The notes beneath the pieces are model-generated. The model saw only the letters and a program-made list of their open reading frames with translations. It was not told the origin of the DNA and ran no database searches. A stretch of 64,000 bases of DNA from Moniliella sp. 'wahieum' (Eukaryota): NCBI GenBank assembly GCA_003971905.1, contig RSEE01000042.1, forward strand, positions 186,001 through 250,000, given 5' to 3'. This document shows, piece after piece, positions 13,630-25,752 of this stretch. The first letter of the stretch is position 1. Every line of letters begins with the position of its first letter. Made by a program: the position numbers and the translations under genes.

Positions 13630-14446
13630 TTAGCCAAGGTTGTACACCACCCGCACCTTCGGCTCGGCAGGGGCAGGAGCAGGGGCAGGGGCCAAAAACG
13701 GCGGTAGTTCCACTCCAGTGGTAGCAAAAGTGCCTTCGGTAGGGGGCGGAACGAATGTGACGGTAGGCAGGGTGACGGTGGGGAAGTTGAACGCCGCACC
13801 ATGCAGGCGGATGGGCAGGTAGGGAAAGTAATAAAACACATAGTATCCCACTCCGGCCCCTATCGCGCCGAGCACAGCGAGGATGACAACGATGCACCAG
13901 AGGCGGCAGCACATCTGTCACAAACCAGTTCCACGCCTCTTCGTCCGGAAGCAGCGTGATCACCAGACCATACAGTGCTCCGCCTGTCGCCAGCACCGCC
14001 AGCACTGCCAGCACGGTCCAGACGACGAAATGCGTCGTGGCAGGTTCCTCAACCTGCACCTTCACCAACGCGACTGGTGGGGGCGCCCTTGGCTTGGTCG
14101 CGGACGAGGAAAGGGTAACGGAGGGCCGGACGGGGTTTGAGCTAGAGGTGGTAGGGGCGCGGGAGGCACCCGTGGAGGAGGCAGCTGCCGTGGAGCGGTG
14201 GCGGGGGTAGGTGTAGTACGCGTCGATGGGCAGGGGGGGGAGCGGGGCGAGAGCAGGATACTTTGGTGCAGACGAGGTTGAAGAGGCGGGAGCAGCAGCA
14301 GCAGCAGCAGCGGTGGCGGCGGAAGAGGCGGCGATTCTGGCACGTGCTTCGGCCAGAAATCGGGCGCGGAGCTCTGCGGACACCTCGACCACTGGCTTGG
14401 ACTTGGGCTGGGGCTTGAGAGCAGCGCCAGCGCCAGTGGCGGGCAT
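13630..14446 (-). CDS. hypothetical membrane protein (Ala/Pro-rich N-terminus, two hydrophobic helices)
   Basis: MPATGAGAALKPQPK... joined by one frameshift to ...WCIVVILAVLGAIGAGVGYYVF...VRVVYNLG*. No family recognised. Confidence 0.6.
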
Positions 14447-14663
14447 GGCGAGCACACGAAGAAAGGGAGCGGGGAGGACGAGGGAGCGTGGCAATGTGCC
14501 TCCGCGCCGGCCAAGCACAGGAGGGGCCGGCAAGTGCGGAGGAAGCAAGAGCTCTAGACAGGGCTTTGTTGGGCGATGATCCGTTCGTTCTCTATCTATT
14601 GAACTCGAAGCCAGTATGCCCCACAGCAAGCACCAGAGCTGACCTAAGCCAATCAATGGGCGC

Positions 14664-14795
14664 TTCCCCATTTTCCATTTCCCATTTCCCATTTCCCATT
14701 TTCAATTTCCCATTTCCCTTTCTCCTTTCCCCTTTCCCCCTTTCCCCTTTCCCCTTTCCCCTTTCCCATTCTCTAATTCCCAATTCCCATTCCCC
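14664..14795. repeat. pyrimidine-rich heptamer microsatellite (TTTCCCA/TTTCCCC)n
   Basis: Imperfect 7-bp-period tandem repeat in the divergent promoter upstream of ARG1. Confidence 0.85.
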
Positions 14796-15216
14796 GCATC
14801 AGACTGGATGCGGCCTGGGTACTCCCCACTGGCAGCAGCAGATTCTAGCATTGGGCAGCTTGAATCTCTTGAAGGGCTAGATAGGGTGTGCCGGGGCAGC
14901 CTGTTTGGTGCAAATCCCCCGCGCCGGTCTCTGGCGTGCGGGGGCTCCGGGGCGGGCACAGTGTCAGTGTGAATATTGAATGCGCCGGTCCCCCCCGCGC
15001 ACGGACGAATTTTATTCGTGTGCGTGCGTGTGACAATCCTGAATCCTGAATCCAATCGACCGCCCGCATCCTTCACGCCGGAGTCACAACTACGTGTTCG
15101 ATGGGCGTTGGGCCTCAAGCGATCTTTGATAAACACGCTGAGTAGCACCGCCCCTTCCACTTCTCTCCCTCCGCCTCTTCCTCTGCCGACCATCCGAACC
15201 CTGCATTCTCCTTACC

Positions 15217-16569
15217 ATGTCCAAGGGCAGCGTTCTTCTCGCCTACTCGGGCGGCCTCGACACCTCCTGCATCCTCGCCTGGCTCATCGACGAAGGCTAC
15301 GATGTGGTTGCTTTCATGGCCGATGTGGGCCAGGAGGAGGACTTTGAGGCGGCTCGGACCAAGGCGCTCAAGGTCGGTGCCAAGGACTTTGTTCTGGCCG
15401 ACATGAAGCGCGAGTTTATCGAGAACCTCATTTACCCCCGTCCAGGCCAATGCCATTTACGAGGTAAGCGTTGTCTCTCTCTTTTCTCTCTCTCTCTTCC
15501 TTCCCCCCCTCCTCCCTCATCTCCCGCCGCTGGCTGACGCGTTGTCTCGGTAGGACGAGTACTTGCTCGGCACCTCGCTGCGCGCCCCGTGATTGCCCGG
15601 GGCATGATTGAAACGGCGGAAAAGAAAGGGTGCCAGTTTTTGTCTCGCATGGCTGCACGGGCAAGGGCAACGATCAAGTGCGTTTTGAGCTTGCCTTTTA
15701 CGGTCTCCTGACATTCAGGTGATTGCACCCTGGCGCATTCCGGCATTTTACAACCGCTTTGTGGGTCTTTCGGCGCTGCTCGACTATGCTGCCCAGAAGG
15801 GCATTCCCGTTACCCAGACCAAGTCCAAGCCTTGGTCGACGGACGAGAACCTGTTCCACATTTCGTACGAAGCTGGTATTCTGGAGGACCCCAACACCAC
15901 CCCTCCTGAAGACATGTGGAAGTTGACCGTCTCGCCCGAGCAGGCGCCCACCACACCCGAGCACATCTCGATTGACTTTCAGCAGGGTGTGCCGGTGGCC
16001 GTGCACGAGAAGGCGAGCGGCAAGACGTACACGGATGGTGTGGAGATTTTCCTGGCGCTCAATGCGTTGGCGCGCAAGCATGGTGTGGGTCGGGTGGACA
16101 TCGTGGAGAACCGGTTTATTGGGGTCAAGTCGCGCGGGTGCTACGAGTCACCAGGAGCGACGATTCTGCGTGCAGCGCACATTGACCTGGAAGGACTGAC
16201 GTTGGACCGCGAAGTGCGTCGGATTCGGGACCAAATCGTGACTACCAAATTGTCCGAGATCCTGTACTATGGCTTCTTCTTCTCATCCGAAAGCGAATAT
16301 GTGCGCTCTTGCATTCCCGCCTCGCAAAAGACGGTGAATGGCACGGTGCGCATCAAGTTGTACAAGGGTAATGTGGTAATTGAAGGCCGATCGTCAGATG
16401 AGCTGCTGTACGATGAGAAGTTCTCTTCCATGGACGAGTTGGGTGGCTTTGAGCCTGATCAGACCACCGCTTCATTGCGGTTCAGGCCATCCGCCTCAAG
16501 CGCTTTGGCACGGGCCAGGCTGCCAAGGGCCTGGCGGACGTGTCGGCAGAGAAGGCATACCAGCTTTAA
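15217..16569 (+). CDS. ARG1: argininosuccinate synthase
   Basis: [50 protein letters not shown] and [16 protein letters not shown] motifs. Intron ~15464..15553. Frameshifts present. Confidence 0.97.
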
Positions 16570-16869
16570 CCTTCTGCCTACCAATCATACCAGCCATGGC
16601 GCGTGCCCTGCTGGTCATAAGAACAAAACACAAACAGAAGTAACCCTCAATGGATTGTAATTTACCCCTGTGAAGTGTGTACGGTGAAGGCCTCATTAGG
16701 AGGGGGGGGTCCAAAGTGCAAGCCCGCTAGTGGAATGGAGAGGGAGCGAGGGCAGGCAAAGTTCAGGAATAGGTGTGATATATATATGACTCAACGGCAG
16801 GCAGACTGGGGGATGAAGAGATGTGTTGCAGGAGAGGCCCTACGACGAGGGGGGGATACCACCTGGTGT

Positions 16870-19066
16870 TTACAAGCGCGCCTTGAACACGCGGGGAGAG
16901 ACGGGATCGGTAACCTCGCCAAGAAGGTGACGGCGGAGATAAGGGTTGACAAAAACCTGGTCAGGATCGGCCTCTTGACGGACCCGAAGCCAATCGCCCA
17001 GGTGGGGATAGAGGTGTGCCAATTCCGACGGGGAAAGGGGGTGTTGTTTCGCCCAATGAGGCCGGCCAGCATAGTGCCGCATCAGAGCATCAAACTTGGC
17101 AAAGGCGGTACGGTAGGGTACATTGGCTCCGTAGGGGCGGTAGAGCACAATGCCAATGTAAGTTGTTGTTCGTCCGTAGGCCATCGAAAGCCAAACGCCA
17201 TCGGCCGCGGTCACCCGGATCTCGACAGGCCAGTGCAGGCGTGCGCCATACGGCGAGGCATGCTCAACCGCGAGCCAGTCCCGCATCGCCCGTAGGGAGC
17301 AGCAGTGTGTTCGTACGGAATGGCCCACTCTGACGTGTACTGGGCAAAGAGACAGTCCATGTTGAAGATGCGGTAACTAATGTCGGTTGTGGAGGTGGTA
17401 GGGTGAGAAGGATGAAGGGTAACAGGGGATCCAGTTGCTCTCGTGGCGTGAGCCACCCAGGTACACCCTCCGTCTTGGAAGCGCCGGCCAAAGCTGGGAT
17501 CACCGCACCATGGAAGGGGAGTAGGCTTCGGTCTGGAGGGCAGCCGTGACAGCAGTTCCAACAGGACGAGCAAACGAAGCCATATCTTCGTCCGTCCCCT
17601 TGTCTCGGTTCGAAGGGGGCGGCGGTAGCTGGGTATCCGCCTCGACCCGTGCGAAGGTCAACTCAGTGTCGAGGGACTGAGGGGCGTCCTTAGGAATGCG
17701 CTTGTGGGTGAGCCAGTACCAAAGTTTGACCGCCGTCAGGGGAAGTTTGCGGTGGAAGCGGGAGATATAAAGGATGGCTTCGGTCAGGGTATGGTCGACT
17801 GCCTTACCATACAGACGAGAGAGGAATGTGGGGGACTCGGGTGCCTGGACAGTACGATCGGCGCGAAGTACACTCACTGTACCCACTTGTGGGTACCAGA
17901 AGAGACGAGGATGTTGAGTGCAGTTGGTCAGCTCTTCAAACCGCTTTTGAGCTCGAACCGTCTCCTCGTCCACAATCTCCTGTGCGCTTCCTCCTCCTTT
18001 GACAGAGGCAGGCGGTTGTTGTTCTCGGCAGGAACAAAGGGGAAGACATAGTCGGGCCCTTGCTGTGCTCCGCACCCTCAACCGCAGGGGGTCATCGAGC
18101 ATCGGCAACCGTTTCCCCGCAGCGAGGAGCGAACCTATCGAAGCGCCCTTCTCCCCCGCCTCCTGGACAGCAGGAAAGCCAGTAGGCTTGCCAAATAGGG
18201 CATCAAAGTAGACTTCTTCCGCAATCTGATGCAGCTGAAACGCTGGCTCCGCCGCCACTTTGACATGGGTGATCAACCCGGTAGCACCCAAGCCGCATAG
18301 GGAAGCATTGAAAAGCTCGGGATGATCCGTGCGGGAGCACTGCACCAACTGCGTTCCCCCTGCGCGGGTGAGCGAGGCACAACCAGGTAAGTTCCAGCAC
18401 ATAGGCAGCGACGAGCGGAAAGTGCAAACCCGAACCATGGTACCCGTCGAGATCAGACCGCCAATGGTCTGGTCAGAGATGGATCCCAACGAACTCAGCG
18501 CGAGCGGAGCCGGGCCAGCGGTAGTGAGGTACTGGTGCACGTCATGCAGCTGCGTGCCCGACAGAACTTCGATGCTGGGCGGACCATGGGTGGGCGCGCC
18601 TAGTCCTGCTCCCGCCGAGCCGGAGGGGGCGAGGGTGGAGTGAGGGTCAGAGGCATTGACAGATACCAGGCCCACGAGCCGGTCCATACGCACGAGCCAG
18701 CCATCGCGTGTGCGGTGCACCGCGCGGGGCGGAGCAATGGGCGCAGTGGCCGGTGGCGGCGCAGGCTCCCGCTCGTTCTGACCAGTCAGCATAATGTCGC
18801 TGGGGTGGGCGCTGCCGACGGCACGCAGCTCCACATCCGCCCTCCGAGCCAGCTCGACGAGCGCCAGGCATTGGGCCACCGACGTCGGGGAGAAGACACG
18901 CGCTCCGCGGGCCGCAAAGGTGCCGCCCCAGTTGGTCACGTGCGTGCGGGCACTGCCGGCAGCCTCCTCGATGGGCGCCACCCGGCCTCCAGCGCGTCGG
19001 ACGCGGCCGGAGTCAGGGCGCTGGGTTCACCGATGCCCACAGGGGCAGCACAGGGGCGGTGCTCAT
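16870..19066 (-). CDS. ALO1: FAD-linked aldonolactone oxidase (D-arabinono-1,4-lactone / L-gulonolactone oxidase family)
   Basis: NWGGTF, VGSAHPSD, LGSISDQTIGGLISTGT, SLCGLGATG, FNMDCLFAQYTSEWAIP and GRPHWAK motifs. Frameshifts; start approximate. Confidence 0.92.
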
Positions 19067-19390
19067 GGCGGGTGGGGTGGTGGTGGAGAAGGAAAGGCTG
19101 CCGGCGGCGAGGCTGCGGTGCTAGATGGGATGGGTGATGGGTGATGGATGCCGATGATGCCATCTTCTTGCCCCGAGGCTGCATTTGAAATGTACAAATC
19201 CAGGCACAGCACGTAGGACAGCACATGGGGGTCTGTGGGGATACAATTTACAAGCAACTAGCCCTAATCACGTAGCAACTTCTGCGATCCTCGGTCTGGC
19301 CGCAGCAACTACCTCCCCCGCCGCCGTGGCACGACCCACCTCGGGGCCCACGGTGCTGGCCAGCTTCATGCTTCCTCCATTGCCCCCCCA

Positions 19391-22300
19391 TCACGCCTCC
19401 TTCTCAACAGGCATGCTGACCCCCCACTTGGTCGCCGCGCTTTGGATCGCCACGCCGTTCCAGTCGGGCCGGGACGGGTGGGCCGCGGCGGTCTGGGCCC
19501 GTTTGCGCATCAACATGTGCCGCAGCTGCATGCGGAACTGCACCAGACACGCATCGGCCTGCCCGCCCGTTTCCGCCCCCCGGCCCGCACGGGAAGGGGG
19601 GGTTCGGCTGTTGTCAGAGCATCCAGACCGGCCGAGATGAGTTCAACAAGGCTGTTGAGGAACCGCGGTTGGATCTGCTCCACCCCAACCTCATAGTACA
19701 GGTACTGTCCAGTGCCGAGCAGAAATCTCAACGGTGGAACGCTCGTCGATGCAGCTGTTGGCGATTCGCAGTGCTTTCTGCAGGCACTCCAGCACCCGCT
19801 TTCCATCCCGCATCAGCCTTGGCTTCGACGAGGAGGAAGCGAGGATTGTATCCTTGCCTTCCTTTGCCTTTGTCGGAGGTGCCTCTGGATGGGTACTGGA
19901 CCCAGTCGTGGGTTCGGGAGGCAGCGGGAGCGCGACGTTTGCTCCGCCTGGGGGATCGGTCTGCCACAATGTGAGAAGCCATGAGCACGGCCGTGGCCTG
20001 ATGAGGCTTCTTGAGTAGTTTGGCACCATGCAGAGTGGCCTTGGTAATCAGCCGGTCGTAGTTCTCCTCCCCAAAGCCGCGGGTGGTCTGAAGGGTGGAG
20101 ATGATCAAGCCGATGGCTTGGAGCTGAGCACGCGACTCACTGATCGACTCTTCGTACACCGCAAACGCCTGCACAAAGAAATCATACGCTTGTTCTTGAA
20201 ACCCACACTGGTCGGCACTCTGCCCGCAAGGAGGTAGAGTCGAAGCGAAAGATCCGCGACGCTGCTGCTCTCAATGCGGGTGTAAAGCAAATCCACAACT
20301 TGGTGCATAAACTTGTACAGCGTCTCCATCTTGCGCACCCAAGCCGTATGGCTCCGCACATCTTGGCTCTCCTCTTCCTTGGCTTTGGACTCGTTACGCT
20401 CATCTTCTTCCAGCGCCACATTCTCCTCCAACTTGAACCGCTTGGAGAGCTCGACAGCCGAAAAGACGAGCACGGGGAAGGTGTACCGGATACGGTCCCC
20501 GCTTGAACAAAATGAGCTCGGGCCGACTGGAGTAGAGCAAATTGGGTATCCACCTGCTCGGCTTTGAATTGGTGGATCAGACGAGCAAGCCAGCCTTGCT
20601 CTTTTTGCACCTGCGCTTCAGCGGGGGGAGTTGCCCCTCGTACCCACCCCCTTGGGTGCGGGCAGCAAAGAGCGATCAATGGAACTGTCGGTGCGTCCTT
20701 TTGTGGTACAACCAACGTGCCGCACAAGTCCAGAATCCCGTCCACATCCTCCGATGTGGAGCTGGGTTTCGTTCTTGAGTGTGGACCAGACAATGGCTTG
20801 GGAAATCTGCTTCCGTATGCCGTACTGCTGAGCATCGAGGAGTAGCTTGTAGTTTGGCAAGGCCAACAGTGTCAGGGTAGATGGGTATGCCTCCAAGGGC
20901 AAGCCGAGCAGTTTGCTTAGGTTGCTCTGTGTCTCCTCAGCAAGGAGGAAAGGGTCGCCAGCTTGGGCATGCCGCTCCAGCTGGGCGCCGGCAAAGCGCA
21001 AGACCTGGTCCACATACTCGATGCGGTCCGGGTAACAGGCCAAGCTCAACTGCAGCAGAGAGACCAGAAGTGCAGTGATGTCGGGCAAGGAGAGGTCGGG
21101 GCGGGCCTGAATCAGATCAACAACTTGGGCCCAGAACACCTCGAACAGAGGCACATTGACCGGTACGCCGCGGAAGGTCTCGACGTGCTCGTCTACCTCG
21201 TCCAGCTGCTCCACGGTCGGCGCAGGCGCAGGAGTAGAGGTACGCCCGCTATCGAGCTCGATGCCGTAAAGTCAGCATGCATCTCTTGTCCTGCCTCCGA
21301 AACGGTCGACTGAGAGCGGTGATGGCCATTGCCCGCCATCGGTGTCGAGGGAGGATCCGAGCTCGCGCTGGCCCACGCTGTTTCCCCCTCGCCCTCGGCG
21401 GAGTGGCACCATAGCCGAGTGGACAGGTGCGTCCCATGCATTCTCTTCTTCGTACCCGCCACCATGAGTAGCAATGTTGGGCCGAGCTGAGCCGTACTTG
21501 GTGGGAAGGGACGGGGCAGTTTGCTCCGCTTGGGAGTACGGGGGGGCGGTACCCATAATTGTTTTCATCGCTGAGTTGATTTGGCCATCACGAGAGTACG
21601 TATCTTCTTGGCGAACTTGCTCCCAAGCCGAGGGAGAAGGAGGTCGACCCTGTCGTGCCTCAAGGCGCAACTTGCGCGTCTTCTCTGTTAAACGGACCTT
21701 GGCCAATTCGTTCTGCCTCTGAACTTCTTCCGCATCCCCATTCTCTGCCTCCCGCTGCGCGTACGCAGCAATGCGGTTGATCAGAGCAATAACAATTTCT
21801 TGATGTTGACCTTGGGATGCAACTGGAGCAAGCTTGGAGAAAGGGGCCTAGGGTGTAAATGTGGAAATTGTCGGGGAAGACCTGGATGACCACCTCCATC
21901 AGGTATTCTTGTGCGATCACGTCCTTACAATTGATCACCTGTTCCAGAATCGAAGGGAGGATGACGCGGCGATACAGCTCGAGGTCCACTCCATCAAGTT
22001 CCGAAAGGCGTACCAAATTGGTCCCAATCAGGATGCGCAGTTCTCTCCGCTCATTCTCCCGCTTTTCCCGCTCGCGCGAAGGTCCCTGGTGCTGCAATCG
22101 GACCCAGAGCTTGTTCATCTCAATAAAGTTGGTCAGCACAAATCCGATCGAGTCTTGAAGGTTTCCCTCGGGGCCAAGACTGCTGCCCGTGGGTAGATGG
22201 TCGCGAGTAACACCAGAGAGGTAGTTGCGGAGGAACAGGCCGGGTGGGGTGCTGCACACCGCGGCTCATCTCCATCATGTCCCGCATAACCTCCTTGATG

Positions 22301-22730
22301 GGTGCATCGTCTATGGACATGTAGACGCTTCCAACAGTGATCATGAGGTAGAGGCGGGGGACCACATTGCCGCAATACTGCACCAGTTCGTAGAGGTCGG
22401 CGAGGTGGTGGCGGCCCTCGAGGTGGGCATCCAGCAAGTAGGCGGACAGGTGGCGCAGAGCGTCAAACACGGGCACATCTGTCAGAGGCATGTCGGGTCA
22501 GGCGGGGCTGAAGCGGAAGAGGGGCAGGGCTGGGGGGAGAAGCACACACAGAGATCGTAGTAGGCCTTGGGCGACAGGGCCGAGGTGCGGAGCTCGGCAA
22601 GCATGGCGCTGGCAGCCTTGAGGGCGTCCATGACCTGGTCTGCGTCGAGGCAGTGCATCATCTGGTTGAGCTGCACACGGATCGCATGGTTCGCCTCGGC
22701 TATGACCTTGGCCTGCGCGGCGTCGTCCAT
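19391..22730 (-). CDS. VPS35: retromer cargo-recognition subunit Vps35
   Basis: [50 protein letters not shown] and [16 protein letters not shown] motifs. One early intron (~22486..22550). Many frameshifts. Confidence 0.96.
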
Positions 22731-23399
22731 GGCCGGAGGGGGCGGGGCGGGAAGGGGCCGGGCGGGTAGAGAGGTGGTGGGGGGGTGGGAGCACCGACCA
22801 GCGAACCGCCGCCCCGCCTGATTATCGGCGCCTGGGCTGGGACAGGCCGGGGCCCACGTGGAGCTCGCTGCCCCCGTGCCCCGCGCTGTCGAAGCTGAGG
22901 TCAGCAGGTTGCCGCGTTGCATTTTGCTACGCTCTTGCTACGCTTCGATGAAAGCCAACCAGGAATATAGTGTGTGCCCATCCTATCTCTGCTACCCAAA
23001 ACGAGACAGGGTGTTGGGGAGGGTGCGGTCATGGATCCTCTTCCGCTCGCCTAGTGTGGAGGATGGTGGGGCGTCACGCACATGCGCATCATGCTGTTCT
23101 TGTGCATCTGTTGCTTGCCGCACACCACACACCACTCACACCGTTCCGGGCCAATACAATATTTTTCTTTTCATTGTTGGTAGTAGATAGCCCTCACTAC
23201 AAAAGCATCACTATTGGACTCTCCTGATCTCTGTAGAAGAAGACCAGCTGATCATAGAAATGACATTGGGCAGGGATGGGCAGCATCAAAAAGGAAAGAG
23301 AGCATCTCAGGAGGAGGATGAACACAGTAAGAAGAGCCCACTGATCCATAAAGCAGAGGGTCTCTAGCGAGAGAGACAAAGCAAGTATTTTAGCCGTCG

Positions 23400-24716
23400 A
23401 GAAACCGCAAAAAACAGAAAGGGAACAGCAGCATATTATCATGTCTGCCCTTCCAGCAATCCGTTCCAGAAGGACACGCGATTGTCGTAAAAGAGGGCAA
23501 CCGGAGCACAAGCGCAATCACCGCCACATAGAGTGAGGATACGCCAGGAGACACGTGGCAAGGTATTGTCGTTTAAGTAGTTTTGAGTCCCGTTCGAGAT
23601 GGGCAAGGATCGGTCCATCCCCGTGCGTGTAGGATGTACCCACTCCTTGTCGGAAGAGCGATCCAGGTTCGCCCGGCCGCATTGCCCATGGGGAAGCGGA
23701 TCAGCGCAGTTGTCCCGTGGGAAGCTGTGTAGGAGAGGGCGGTAAGATGAAAAAGACACTCGAGGTTGCTCGGGAGAGTAGGCGATAAATCGACCCCCCT
23801 CGTGGGACTTGATTGCAGAATTAGAAGAGCTTGCCTTGTTTGGGGGTCACGAAGGATGGAGTGGACATAGGACAAGCGGTAGGTGTGGGTCCCTCTGGGC
23901 ATAGGCAAGACGGTGCCTTCCTCGTAAAGGAAAAGGGTTCCGAGCTAGGTACGTCCTATACACCCACACATATATAGTCAGCATTCTGGCTGATGCCGTC
24001 AACAAGCGCAAAGCAGGAGATCAACAAAAAACATACCGTGATGCGGACATGTTGCCCATTAATGGTCAGACGCGACGTGAAACGACGTCTCATGCGGAAA
24101 GACACCGGGGGTCGATGAGAGTACGCTGGCAAGTCTTCTTGGTCTCCTTTAATAGGTATCTCCTCCGTATCCATCCAATCTAGTTCGGAAGAGGAGCCAA
24201 CTGCTCCAACAGGAAGCCCACTGATTTGGTAGGAGGGCGATGAGTGGGTGTCGCTCGAAGCTTCCATTAAAGGGTACGCCTCCACCAGCATTTCTTTGTT
24301 CCTTGGGCTCGGTACTTGGAATGGGGATGGCAGATGAACGCTCATCGCCAGGGAAGGTTGTTAGGGTAGTACCAATCGTCTGAACCGAGTCGGAATAGCT
24401 TGTGGTCGCTCGGGTGAGCACGCTTGGAGGCGAGGTGATGCTGCTGGATTCGGCATACTGTATCGACAGTGATGAGCCTGCATAGTAGCCGAAGAGGTTG
24501 CGACGTTTGATGGGGGCGTGGGCAGGACCATGTTGATCGTAGCGACTGGTGAAGGTCGGTTGAGTTGGGAGGAATGATGAGGGCAAAGTAGGACGGAGGC
24601 TGGCTGTTGTGAGTTGCGGGAAGAACAGGATATATACAGGTGGTTTTGTGCTGCGGAGGAAGCCCCTTGCAGGGGGCAGTGTGTCTCTGCGTATATATAC
24701 GGTTCGGCAGCGTCAT
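23400..24716 (-). CDS. hypothetical/orphan protein (fragmented)
   Basis: Chain of overlapping minus-strand ORFs with an intron-like segment 24036..23956 (GTATGT...GCTGAC...TAG). No family recognised; both ends uncertain. Confidence 0.35.
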
Positions 24717-25752
24717 TGTTGGGCAAGATGGGCAGAGTGAGGTGGTGCTCAGAACGCGCGGCCCCCCATTGGCCCCGAGACTGAGTACTGCGGATGACGC
24801 GTCCTGGAGTACTTTAAGTAGACGCGTATAACAAAGCTCTAACAAGGCACTCGCCGTGTACACCCAAGCTGAGGCACTGGTGAGTGTAGTATGGCTGGGG
24901 CAGCCCGCAGGCGTCGAAGCGAGTGAAGCGCCAGAGCAGCCTCCAAACCACCGCAGTCCGTCGGCGCATATGACCGCGGAAAACCAACTGGCGTGTGCTG
25001 CGGTTTCTGTCCCTGTCAGGTGAAGCGGAGTCACGTGCCCGTATCGCGCCGCGGCGACTAGGCTAGAATAGACTGCTACACTACGTTTGGCTACGACAAG
25101 CCATTCGGCATGACCCCAACCGAGTCATACACACACCTATGCGCACCAGAAGGACGAGACAGCGGGCGCCACACTCTTGCAGCAATTCGCACTGATGAAA
25201 ATGAGCCTCTCTCTGTAATCGTGCGAAGTCCAGCAAATCAAAATGTTTTTTTTCATTTCAATCGACCAAGAATCACTCACTATTCAGGTACCACGCGTCA
25301 CGCGTCGCGGTTGGCAGGGAGGGGAAGATGGAGGAGAGAGATGGTCGAGTCATCCACGTCAGGACGTGCAAGACATGTGTGTTCCTTTTGCATGTCAATA
25401 AAGATAGAAGATCTGGGCATCATGTTGAATGAAACCTCTCACTTTTTTGCCTTTGATCCGGAGAGGCTATGAATATGACGAAGAGGAGGAGGAAAGGAAT
25501 GAGAGGTTGGAATTAACACGCCGTTTGCTGTATGCGCGGTTCTCGTCGATCTCATCAGCCATTTGGCGTCATCAATTGTTCGGATCTCAGGTTCAGATCA
25601 AATTGGATTGCATCGTGGTATGAAGGAACAGAGAAAAGGCAGGGCGGTGCGTGGACAACAAAACATATCGAGAGGGTACCAAAACGGGCCGTCCGGCTGC
25701 CAAAACATAATGCTTGGGAGTCGAGGCCCGATCGTATGCAGAAGAGGAATCG

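Noticed and set aside
14664..14795. Interstitial telomere repeat
   Set aside because: The G-strand unit is AAATGGG/AAAGGGG, not TTAGGG or TTTAGGG.
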